This document shows, one piece after another, positions 9,366 through 17,378 of a stretch of DNA of 64,000 bases (its first letter is position 1; every line of letters begins with the position of its first letter). The translations under genes and the position numbers were made by a program. The DNA comes from an uncultured Acetatifactor sp. (lineage in GTDB: Bacteria; Bacillota; Clostridia; Lachnospirales; Lachnospiraceae): contig CAJUIA010000011.1 of NCBI GenBank assembly GCA_910586485.1, positions 43,276-107,275 on the forward strand, given 5' to 3'. The notes beneath the pieces are model-generated. The model was not told the DNA's origin. It saw only the letters and a program-made list of their open reading frames with translations, and searched no databases.

Positions 9366-9722
9366 ATGAAGACATGGAAATTAGTATCAGGAATTTTGTC
9401 AATTGTTTTATTTGTTGTGGTATCATTTCAGTCATGTGCGGCAGGATTAGGAAATGCACTTTCTGAGAATGGGGAATCAAGCGGAAGCGGCGGAATATTG
9501 GTCGCAATATTAATGCTGTCCGGCGGAATTGTGTCTATTGCTACAAAGAAAAGCAAAGGTAAAGGCGGAAACATCGCACTGATTGTTTTGTTTGGACTTG
9601 CAGCACTTATTGGGTTCGGATTTGCAGGAAGCTTCGCAGATCTCAATATTTGGGCATTTTGGTGTTTGATTAACGCAATTTTTGCAGTTGTTGCAATGAT
9701 AAAAAACAAAAAGGACGCATAA
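9366..9722 (+). CDS. Small 4-TM membrane protein
   Basis: Hydrophobic 118 aa; RBS AGGAGG. Confidence 0.7.
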   Translation: MKTWKLVSGILSIVLFVVVSFQSCAAGLGNALSENGESSGSGGILVAILMLSGGIVSIATKKSKGKGGNIALIVLFGLAALIGFGFAGSFADLNIWAFWCLINAIFAVVAMIKNKKDA

Positions 9723-9736
9723 GAGAACTTTTCCAA

Positions 9737-9772
9737 ATGAAATTCCCGCAGTAGAGCTACGGGAATTTTCAT
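9737..9772 (+). terminator. Putative intrinsic terminator
   Basis: ATGAAATTCCCG..CGGGAATTTTCAT inverted repeat after the 7502-9722 gene run. Confidence 0.5.
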
Positions 9773-9819
9773 TCGGTGATATTAAAAGCTGCTATCATGG
9801 TAGTAAAAATGCTATCATA

Positions 9820-9976
9820 TGTCTTGAAATTATCAAATGGGATGCAGCCAAAAGATGTGCAGGAATTTCTAGGACATTTGTATGTAAGAACTACTATGAA
9901 TGTCTATGCACACGCTATAAGGGAGACTAAGCGAGATTCTGCAAAACTTTTGGATAAGGTTGTAGGTATGAATTAA
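9820..9976 (+). pseudogene. C-terminal remnant of a tyrosine integrase
   Basis: GMQPKDVQEFLGH..TTMNVYAH (box II with catalytic Tyr) but no upstream domains. Confidence 0.8.
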
Positions 9977-10246
9977 GTATTGAAAACTAAATAACAAAAG
10001 CTTTCCCTTGTAGCTTTTCAATAAATGAAGAAACAAGGGAAACGGATGCATATTTTAAGGTTTGCATGGTGCAAAAGTGCGAAAATTAAGGAAAGATTAG
10101 GCAGTTTAGTAGATAAACAGAAATTTGGAACAGTATTACAGACATTATTTTAGTCAATAGTAGGTACTATATTGGGTTTATATAAATAGGAATATGGCAG
10201 AGATTCGAGAGAGTCCCTGCTTTTTTTGTGCGCAAAATTAAACTCA

Positions 10247-11473
10247 TCACTTGACAATGTTGCATAGATTTGCCAGAGCTGCATGAATCGCACTCTCCAA
10301 AATACGCCCGGAATGATACAACGTCAGGAAAAAATTAGCATGAAATACAGGATCCTCCATTCGCGTCTGCATTTGTTGGTAAAAGGTTCTCAATGCTGCC
10401 GCGGAAAAAGATTTTCCTCCCTGCGCCAGAGCAATCGCCTTTAAATCTGACAGTTCCTGGATCCTCCGTTCAGTAAGCGTATAGCTGTCCATGCAGGCGC
10501 GATCAATGATCGAAATTGCTTTCTCGTTTTGACCTTCCGCCACCAAACGATATGCTGTCTCTTCCGTTACATCGGGCGATTCAGCTTCCCCCTTTTTCTC
10601 TTCCGGTCGATACCATGCACTGAAAGTCTCAACTGCCGCAGAGGTCAGATAAATTGTCTTCTCCGAAACACTAATTCCATTATCTTCTGCTCTGGAAATA
10701 TCCAATTTATTTTCGCAGCGATTCAGCACGGAAGCCCATGAACTGAACGAACTTTTATGGGACAGAATTCTGCAGGTACAAGAAGAAATGCAGAAAAACT
10801 CATCCAAATCAGCATCCATTCCTCCCAAAAGCTGCACATAATGATAGCCTGCACAATTTCCGAAGGTTTCCTTCACATACGCAATATCATCGGAAAAGAA
10901 ATAAAACTGCGCCTCCGGATGAAAACTGCGGATATATGTAATTGCGGCGCAGAAATACCTTTGCGAATCCTGCATATTCAGCTCCACAAAATCCGTTCTG
11001 CGAATATGAACAGCCACACTGTATTCATTCTCAATCCGTTTTTTAAACATTTCCACAGCAGATGACGGCTCCTTCATCTGAAACTGAGTACAAAGCCTCT
11101 CCAGTTCCTCCAGTGTACAATACTGCCTGCCGCCATACCCCAGCAGATAAACATTTTGTGCTCCATCCGCCTCCTGCAGCAATTTCTCTCGATTTCCTGC
11201 CAATTCATCCGTAATCAGCCTGACACTTTTATCTTGTATTATTTGCGGAAGATTCACAAACCCGTCAAAGTCTTCCGCGGCAGGAGGATACATCAGTTTG
11301 CGATGCTTCCCAATCTTTAATTTATCCAGCACATAAGGGCGAAAATAGCCTCTCTGCATATAATCTGATATGTCTAATACAAGTTCCTGCTTTAAATACC
11401 TGGCAAGGCTATAACCTCTGGCATAAATACTCAACTGGTTCCCCAGGCCGCCCATAATTTTTATGATTACCAT
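10247..11473 (-). CDS. GT11 alpha-1,2-fucosyltransferase-like protein with helical C-terminal extension
   Basis: GGLGNQL, VAVHIRRTDF, FFSDD and SSFSSW motifs. Confidence 0.85.
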   Translation of the reverse strand: MVIIKIMGGLGNQLSIYARGYSLARYLKQELVLDISDYMQRGYFRPYVLDKLKIGKHRKLMYPPAAEDFDGFVNLPQIIQDKSVRLITDELAGNREKLLQEADGAQNVYLLGYGGRQYCTLEELERLCTQFQMKEPSSAVEMFKKRIENEYSVAVHIRRTDFVELNMQDSQRYFCAAITYIRSFHPEAQFYFFSDDIAYVKETFGNCAGYHYVQLLGGMDADLDEFFCISSCTCRILSHKSSFSSWASVLNRCENKLDISRAEDNGISVSEKTIYLTSAAVETFSAWYRPEEKKGEAESPDVTEETAYRLVAEGQNEKAISIIDRACMDSYTLTERRIQELSDLKAIALAQGGKSFSAAALRTFYQQMQTRMEDPVFHANFFLTLYHSGRILESAIHAALANLCNIVK

Positions 11474-11505
11474 GATCCCTCTTAATTCCGCCGTATAATC
11501 GACAT

Positions 11506-13743
11506 TTAGTCAGTGGAAAGATCTTTTAGCAGGTTGAACAATTTCCCGATCTCTTCATCCTCCGGTACACACTGCTGCAGCTGCCGCAATATTTCCTCCG
11601 CCTCGCAGTATTCCTTTTTCTCTATCTGCAGCCTTACCACCGCCTTCAGAGAGTTTACAATACCTGCAAATTCTTCCTCTGCCTCCGCTTCTCTTTGCTT
11701 CCTGCTTTGTATACTGTCCCGGCATCTTTTTGCATAGTCCCCGACTACAGGCTCCAGTGCAGGATATAACCCAAGACATTTCCGCAGGCAGATCAGCATT
11801 TCCTTATCCTCTTCCTGCTCCTTATATTTCCTCAGATCCTGTAGTAATAATGAAAGTCGGGCCTCATCAGGAAGGGCCTCCGCCATATTTTCAAATATGC
11901 TTTCCCGAAAAAGGGGCCTATAGTAATCCAGCACGCTGTCAGCATACTGCCAGAGCATCTGTTCAAGCTCTTCCGCTCCCTGATTTGAAAATCCTGCATG
12001 ACAGATTTCTCTGTAATGAAGCAGACTGTATTCTCTGCATTTCATGACGGCATAGTCAAAACGGATATTTCCCTGCTTTCTCCAGACTTCCAGGCGTTTT
12101 GCCCACTGTCGGATTTCTTCCCATGAAGCTTCCCGCCCCCATTGCTCCAGACTTCGCTTCCATGCTGTGAAATCTATACTTAGCAGCATCTGCGCCACCG
12201 GTATTTCCAGCCTATCCGCTATCTCCCAGACCTCGCCTCTGACCCAGAGAATCTCCCCCGGACATTTTTCAAATATCTGCCAAAAAAGGACTGTTATCTT
12301 TTCCCTGCTCTTCTCTGCGGATTCGAGTTCTATCCTCTCTGTTTCCCACAGGATCTTTGTATAGAGGACATAGCGATGAGTACTATCCAGCTCGGATACC
12401 AGCCTGCGCAGCCGGGAGCGCTTCGCCAGCTCGCCGCGCTGTTCGTATCCAATCTCCACCTCCAAAAAGACCACATACATTTCCTTCATGCCTTCTTCTC
12501 TGGTAATAAGAGTCTGCATAATCTTTTTCCACAGAGGATGATATGAAACACTGCAGCAAGCCTCCAGCATAGCTGTTTCCCATTCTGTCTGTTGAAGGAG
12601 CCTTCGGTCTGACCAGTCCAGGCGGTAAAAAGCCTTTTCTGCCAAAGAGTAGTCTTCCGAACGGATCAAGGACTGCATACAGATCAGAATCGTTCCGTAA
12701 ATAAACTGCTCCTGAAAAACCTCTGCCGTTACCGCCGCCGTCCCCTGCTCGATGGCAATCCTGTTACCGCCCAGCTCTTCCAGATATTTTAAATAGCGGA
12801 CAAAATAATCTCTACTCGTTTCGTAGTCTTTCGTCTTCGCGTACAATCTCGCTCCTGCCGCGCAGTAAAAAGCCACAGTTGGTTTCATATATTCCAGCGT
12901 CGTCAGCCGGTCTTCAAATGCTTTTTTCAGCCACTTCTTTTCTTCTTCATATTTTTGCAGACAGTCAAGAGAAATCAGGATATATGCGTATGTAGCGCCT
13001 ACATGCGTCGGCGCATACTCAATCTGCTTTCTTAAAGATTCCCATTCTTCCAAACCGCTGACTGCAGCATCTATGCTTTTTCCGTATTCCTCCAAAGAAA
13101 AATACTCCTGAGCCAACTGCAGAATCCACCGCGGATTTCCCGGCTCATCCTTCCGCATTTCCAGTAGAAGGGGAAGATTTCTTGCAGAATGCCTTTTTTC
13201 TTCCTCACGGTTTTTAAAAGCATAGCCATAGTGATGGACAAAGGCGGAAAAGCTTTTCTGCGGCTGTCTGAAGGGAAGCAGATACTCATGGATTTTTCCC
13301 GTAAACTTTGCATCCTTGTCCAGCTTTTCCATTCTTGATGGATAGGACTCATTATATATTGTACCCTCTGCATTTTTATAATTACGTACCGCATAAGATG
13401 CGCTATTATAGTTTCGGTATTCGCCTGTACGAAAAAAATTTATAATTTCTCCGGGATCCTCAAACCATTCGTCGTCGTCCAGATACAGAAACCATTCTCC
13501 CTTAGCCGCTTTCAGACCAACATTCCGGGCAGCTGCAAAATCATTGCACCACGTAAAGCTGATAATTTTATCTGCGTACTGCTCCGCCAGTTCTCGCTGT
13601 GCTGCATTGCAGCCCGTATCCACCAGAATCACTTCACAGGGAAGTTCTTTCTGAAAGGGCCGCAAGGACTCCAGACTTTTCTGCATCTCTTCACGGCCAG
13701 AGATCAGCATGGATATAGATAAAACAATTTTTTTGTCACTCAT
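11506..13743 (-). CDS. GT2 glycosyltransferase with TPR-like helical region (probable flagellin glycosyltransferase)
   Basis: ILVDTG, WCNDFAAARN, YLDDDEW, IHE..HYGY; directly downstream of flagellin. Confidence 0.88.
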   Translation of the reverse strand: MSDKKIVLSISMLISGREEMQKSLESLRPFQKELPCEVILVDTGCNAAQRELAEQYADKIISFTWCNDFAAARNVGLKAAKGEWFLYLDDDEWFEDPGEIINFFRTGEYRNYNSASYAVRNYKNAEGTIYNESYPSRMEKLDKDAKFTGKIHEYLLPFRQPQKSFSAFVHHYGYAFKNREEEKRHSARNLPLLLEMRKDEPGNPRWILQLAQEYFSLEEYGKSIDAAVSGLEEWESLRKQIEYAPTHVGATYAYILISLDCLQKYEEEKKWLKKAFEDRLTTLEYMKPTVAFYCAAGARLYAKTKDYETSRDYFVRYLKYLEELGGNRIAIEQGTAAVTAEVFQEQFIYGTILICMQSLIRSEDYSLAEKAFYRLDWSDRRLLQQTEWETAMLEACCSVSYHPLWKKIMQTLITREEGMKEMYVVFLEVEIGYEQRGELAKRSRLRRLVSELDSTHRYVLYTKILWETERIELESAEKSREKITVLFWQIFEKCPGEILWVRGEVWEIADRLEIPVAQMLLSIDFTAWKRSLEQWGREASWEEIRQWAKRLEVWRKQGNIRFDYAVMKCREYSLLHYREICHAGFSNQGAEELEQMLWQYADSVLDYYRPLFRESIFENMAEALPDEARLSLLLQDLRKYKEQEEDKEMLICLRKCLGLYPALEPVVGDYAKRCRDSIQSRKQREAEAEEEFAGIVNSLKAVVRLQIEKKEYCEAEEILRQLQQCVPEDEEIGKLFNLLKDLSTD

Positions 13744-13794
13744 GCCGACATATCCTTTCTCAAAATAGAGGGATACTCTGAAATATTGAAAGCA

Positions 13795-13820
13795 GGGACC
13801 CGGTTTTGAAACCGAGTCCC
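13795..13820 (-). terminator. Hairpin after flagellin (weak terminator or mRNA stabiliser)
   Basis: GGGACCCGGTTT-TG-AAACCGAGTCCC; poor U-tract. Confidence 0.45.
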
Positions 13821-13854
13821 CCGGTAGTTACACTTAAGATCTTTTTTATGACAA

Positions 13855-15363
13855 TTATCCAAGTAAGGACAGTACACCCTGATTGGACTGATTTGCCTGT
13901 GCCAGCATGGACTGACCAGCCTGCGCCAGAATATTCTGGTTGGAGTACTTCACCATCTCGGAAGCCATATCCGTATCGCGAATAGCGGATTCTGCAGATG
14001 TGGTATTCTCCACAACATTGTCCAGGTTGTTGATCGTATGCTCAAGTCTGTTCTGTACTGCACCCAGTTCGGAACGCTGTGCGGAAACCTTGGTAATTGC
14101 AGCTGCGATCTTCTCAATGGAATCCCTTGCATTGACATCGTTTGTGCCGTCCAGCTTCAGGCCGTTGATTCCAAGGCCTTTGGAACTCATGGTCTCAAGA
14201 TTCAGCGTGATCTGGTTATTGCTGGTTGCATCGGCGCCCACATGCAAAGCAATGTTGAGGGCCCCTGTCTTGTCACGGGAGTCAGAGATTTCAGCGGTGT
14301 TCAACGTAGTCTTGTTTCCAACCGCGTCGTATACTGCGGAAGCATCCGCACGAACATAATTGGTTCCTGTGGTCTTTTCTTTTCCGTCGTAGGATGTGGT
14401 GAAATAATTATTCAGATCATTTGCAGAAACCTTGTTGCCATCCCTGTCGTAATATGCAGCAGTTGCTGCACTGCACTTCGATGCCGTCACCTTTGTAGCA
14501 TTAAACACTACGGTATCTGTTCTGTCGCCGGTCGTTGAAGTAGCAAGATTCGCATAATCTTCAACCTTAATCGTCCCCAGCGTAACGCCATCCTTGGTAA
14601 ATACGGTAAAGGTTGCCTCTGCGGCAGCAGTGTTCAATGTGCTTGGAGAAGTCATGGTCACGTTAAACTTCTGGCCTGCCTCACCATTTAAAGTCAGGGC
14701 ATAACCAGTGCTTTCAACCGCGCCGGTAGTACTGTTATACGTACTCTTCGCAGTTACGCTGACGCCTGCATCCCGTAAGGCTTTTGCCAGCTCATTCTGA
14801 GCCGCCATATTTGTTGCTGTTACACCCTCTCCCGTGAAGGTGAGCTTCATTCCGGTAACCTTATCATCCACAAAAGTTGCGGTGGCAACGGTATCAGCAC
14901 CATTAAACTTGTCATAGGAATAACTCGTTCCCTTGGGAACATCCTTATCACCTTTCAAGAGATAGGTCTCATTGAACTTTGTGGTCTCGGCTACACGGTC
15001 AATTTCTGTGGTCAGCTGATCAATTTCCTGCTGGATGGCGGTACGATCGCTCGCAGAGTTCGTGCCATTAGCTGCCTTTACTGCCAGCTCGTTCATTCTC
15101 TGCAGCATATCATGTACTTCTGTCAGAGCACCTTCTGCGGTCTGCACTGCGCTAATGCCGTCCTGAGCGTTTGCGCTGGCCTGAGTCAGACCTCTGATCT
15201 GCTTTCTCATCTTCTCACTGATTGCCAGACCTGCCGCGTCGTCAGCCGCACGGTTGATCTTGTAACCGGATGAAAGCTTCTCGGTGGACTTTGCCTGAGA
15301 CTTGCTGGTAATGCCCAGCATTCTGTTGGAATTCATTGCCGTTAAGTTGTGTTGTACTACCAT
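13855..15363 (-). CDS. fliC: Flagellin
   Basis: [31 protein letters not shown]-terminus, [38 protein letters not shown]-terminus; T/S-rich variable core. Confidence 0.98.
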   Translation of the reverse strand: MVVQHNLTAMNSNRMLGITSKSQAKSTEKLSSGYKINRAADDAAGLAISEKMRKQIRGLTQASANAQDGISAVQTAEGALTEVHDMLQRMNELAVKAANGTNSASDRTAIQQEIDQLTTEIDRVAETTKFNETYLLKGDKDVPKGTSYSYDKFNGADTVATATFVDDKVTGMKLTFTGEGVTATNMAAQNELAKALRDAGVSVTAKSTYNSTTGAVESTGYALTLNGEAGQKFNVTMTSPSTLNTAAAEATFTVFTKDGVTLGTIKVEDYANLATSTTGDRTDTVVFNATKVTASKCSAATAAYYDRDGNKVSANDLNNYFTTSYDGKEKTTGTNYVRADASAVYDAVGNKTTLNTAEISDSRDKTGALNIALHVGADATSNNQITLNLETMSSKGLGINGLKLDGTNDVNARDSIEKIAAAITKVSAQRSELGAVQNRLEHTINNLDNVVENTTSAESAIRDTDMASEMVKYSNQNILAQAGQSMLAQANQSNQGVLSLLG

Positions 15364-15389
15364 AAATTTACCTCCATGATGTTACCTGA

Positions 15390-15405
15390 CGCAAATCCGT
15401 TTGCG
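15390..15405 (-). promoter_or_regulatory. CsrA-type GGA-loop hairpin in the flagellin leader
   Basis: mRNA CGCAAA-CGGA-UUUGCG followed by AUGGAGG Shine-Dalgarno, the two-site layout known from the Bacillus hag leader. Confidence 0.7.
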
Positions 15406-15541
15406 CCGGTGCCTGTTAATTGGTTTCCTTTTATAATAATCCGGGTATGCCCCTGTTCCCGCCGGGCCCTTGGCGTACTTTGCGGCACGCCCGGTTATTA
15501 CCTTGACATTTTGCTGCTGCCGGTTTTCGCAGCTTTCTTAT

Positions 15542-15811
15542 TTACTGCATCCGTCCTGTTCCGGCGATCACGATATTCTTTTTCTTCTTATACTTCTCCG
15601 GCTTTTCTGGCTCCGCGTAGTATTTGGGGAGCGTGGCCCGGATCTCCGGATCCGTAAACTTCTTCTCAATGACGCTGCTGCGCACAATGTCCACTTCTTT
15701 CGGCGCATCAATCATGATTCTTAAGTGCTTCCCCGTCCCGCCCAGGAATACGATCTTAATGTCGTCTCCCAGCATCAGATACTCTTCCGTGCTTACTGTC
15801 AGTCTTAACAT
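15542..15811 (-). CDS. csrA: Carbon storage regulator CsrA-family protein (divergent)
   Basis: ML.LT...E.L.LGDDIKI......LRI.IDAPKEV.IVR pattern; RBS GGGAGG. Confidence 0.8.
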   Translation of the reverse strand: MLRLTVSTEEYLMLGDDIKIVFLGGTGKHLRIMIDAPKEVDIVRSSVIEKKFTDPEIRATLPKYYAEPEKPEKYKKKKNIVIAGTGRMQ

Positions 15812-15872
15812 TCCTAACCTCCCTGTCTCTTACGGTGTCCGCTTTTGGCCCGCGGCGCTCCCTGCCTGTCTT

Positions 15873-15904
15873 TGCAACATTTTATTCAAAATGTTGCATC
15901 ACTC
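15873..15904 (+). repeat. Left recombination site (IRL) of invertible segment
   Basis: TGCAACATTTT-ATTC-AAAATGTTGCA-TCACTC: 11-bp palindromic arms around an asymmetric core. Confidence 0.92.
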
Positions 15905-16029
15905 ATGGGCAGTCGATGTCTTGGCCACATCCGGCAAGGCATCTATGCCAAAATATGGTAAATTGCCTATGGGGAATTATTATCACGCTGCATGAATCTG
16001 CCGCATGAATCTGTTCAAGGAGGAAAAAC

Positions 16030-16590
16030 ATGAGTACAACACAACCAATCAGAAACAAAGCACAGCTGGACAAGTTTAAAAGCTTCTATCAGGAAACACC
16101 CCAGGGGGCACGCAATTCCACCCTGATTGCCATCGGTTTGAACACCGCTCTGCGCATCGGCGATATATTAAGCCTGACCTGCAAAGACATCTATGCCGAG
16201 GATGGGAAACCTCGCACCCATCTTGTAATCAAAGAACATAAAACCGGTAAAGAAAACCGTATCTGCATGAATAAAGCCCTGCGCCGGGCCTTGACTGCCT
16301 ATCGCCGGGTTCTCATAAAAACGCACATGTATCACGAAGGCAATCCCTATCTGTTTCCCAGTGCCAGGAAACAGGGATCCCACCTTTCCCGCTGCCAGGC
16401 CTTCCGCATTATCTCCCAGGCAGCGGCGGGCACGGGCATGGAGGATCATATCAGCTGTCATTCCCTGCGTAAGACCTTCGGCTATCACGCCTGGCGCCGG
16501 GGAACGGACCCGCTTTTAATCATGGCACTGTTAAACCATTCCTCCATCCAGATCACCATGCGGTATCTCTGTATTGAGCAGGACGATTAG
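16030..16590 (+). CDS. Small tyrosine recombinase (catalytic domain only, FimB/FimE-like size); putative invertase
   Basis: TALRIGD, KEHKTGK, HSLRKTF, LNHSS and TMRYL give the full R-K-H-R-H-Y set; RBS AAGGAGG; in-frame tail continues past TAG to 16620. Confidence 0.92.
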   Translation: MSTTQPIRNKAQLDKFKSFYQETPQGARNSTLIAIGLNTALRIGDILSLTCKDIYAEDGKPRTHLVIKEHKTGKENRICMNKALRRALTAYRRVLIKTHMYHEGNPYLFPSARKQGSHLSRCQAFRIISQAAAGTGMEDHISCHSLRKTFGYHAWRRGTDPLLIMALLNHSSIQITMRYLCIEQDD

Positions 16591-16805
16591 GACGCCGTCT
16601 ATCAGAAAATGCAGTTTTAAGGACACATAGCGGATAGCTGTCTTTGCGTGCTGTCTGCCAGGAGCTGCCTGCTGAAACCGAAATCTATCTGCTTTTTCCG
16701 GCCTGGGAATGCTCCGGGGCCTGTTTACCATGTCTAGCTTTTTATTTGGGGAGTTATTTTCAAAGTGAATTCCGAATGAATTTTCAAAAAAATTTATTTT
16801 AGGGC

Positions 16806-16832
16806 TAAAGTTTTCCAAAAGCCTGACGATAT
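16806..16832 (+). promoter_or_regulatory. sigma28 (SigD/FliA)-type promoter inside the invertible segment, pointing out through IRR
   Basis: TAAA-N15-GACGATAT (consensus TAAA-N15-GCCGATAT) with AT-rich UP-like tract upstream. Confidence 0.8.
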
Positions 16833-16847
16833 AGATTATGTAACTAA

Positions 16848-16879
16848 GAGTGATGCAACATTTTGAATAAATTGTTGCA
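16848..16879 (-). repeat. Right recombination site (IRR) of invertible segment
   Basis: GAGTGA-TGCAACATTTT-GAAT-AAATTGTTGCA, the reverse complement of IRL with one mismatch. Confidence 0.92.
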
Positions 16880-16981
16880 TCCTGTTTCTGTAATTTATAT
16901 TTTACATCATTTCAATCATTTATTCTTACTTCTTTTTAAATTTATTTCCGATATTTTTTCATAAATACAATATTAATCAAG

Positions 16982-17010
16982 TAGACTATGCACTTAAGTT
17001 GTGATATAGT
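16982..17010 (+). promoter_or_regulatory. Putative sigmaA promoter of the 17034 ORF
   Basis: TAGACT-N17-TATAGT with TG extended -10. Confidence 0.5.
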
Positions 17011-17033
17011 TACCTTTAGGGAGGCACAAGTAT

Positions 17034-17330
17034 ATGGATCAGGAAAGCATGGAAATGTTTGGTAAGGTTCTGGACAAGTTGGACAGCATTGACGGTCGTC
17101 TGGACAAGATGGAAAATCGTCTGGATAAGGTGGAAAATCGTCTTGATAAGGTGGAAAATCGTCTGGACGTTATAGAAGTCCGGCAGAATAAAATGTCAAG
17201 TCAACTGACGGAATTACAGCTTTCACAAAAGCTTTTTGAAATGAATACCAATAGGAATCTTGCAAAATTGCAGGATAGTGTAGACACGATAGAAGAAATA
17301 CTTAAGATGAACGATCTGCTTCCCAGATAA
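17034..17330 (+). CDS. Small coiled-coil heptad-repeat protein
   Basis: RLDKMEN/RLDKVEN heptads; RBS AGGGAGG. Confidence 0.75.
   Translation: MDQESMEMFGKVLDKLDSIDGRLDKMENRLDKVENRLDKVENRLDVIEVRQNKMSSQLTELQLSQKLFEMNTNRNLAKLQDSVDTIEEILKMNDLLPR
17097..17168 (+). repeat. 21-bp coding tandem repeat, about 3.4 copies
   Basis: CGTCTGGAYAAGRTGGAAAAT units. Confidence 0.85.
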
Positions 17331-17378
17331 CCATATAGATGCCTCATTTCTATCTGATTCCGAAAGGTTGGAAGCGCC

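Larger units (their letters stand above)
15873..16879. other. ~1-kb invertible DNA segment (putative flagellar phase-variation switch) carrying recombinase and sigma28 promoter
   Basis: 32-bp inverted repeats with 31/32 identity flank a tyrosine recombinase gene and a sigma28-like promoter. Confidence 0.85.

Noticed and set aside
10256..10289. AATGTTGCAT and GCTGCATGAATC matches to sequences in the invertible segment (possible third recombination site)
   Set aside because: Only a half-site without the second arm or core, and it lies in GT11 coding sequence; short matches found after the fact can be chance.
16822..16846. dif-like string (..ATAGATTATGTAACT)
   Set aside because: Only a partial match to one arm of the Firmicute dif site; better explained as the sigma28 -10 and start region.
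15873..16879. Alternative reading of the IR-flanked recombinase as an IS or excisable integrative element
   Set aside because: No DDE transposase or target duplication, and the cores are in inverted orientation, which predicts inversion rather than excision.
17097..17168. Short repeats as possible CRISPR array (also 30981-31018, 44050-44167, 63845-63948)
   Set aside because: Contiguous tandem repeats without unique spacers, mostly coding, and no cas genes in the window.
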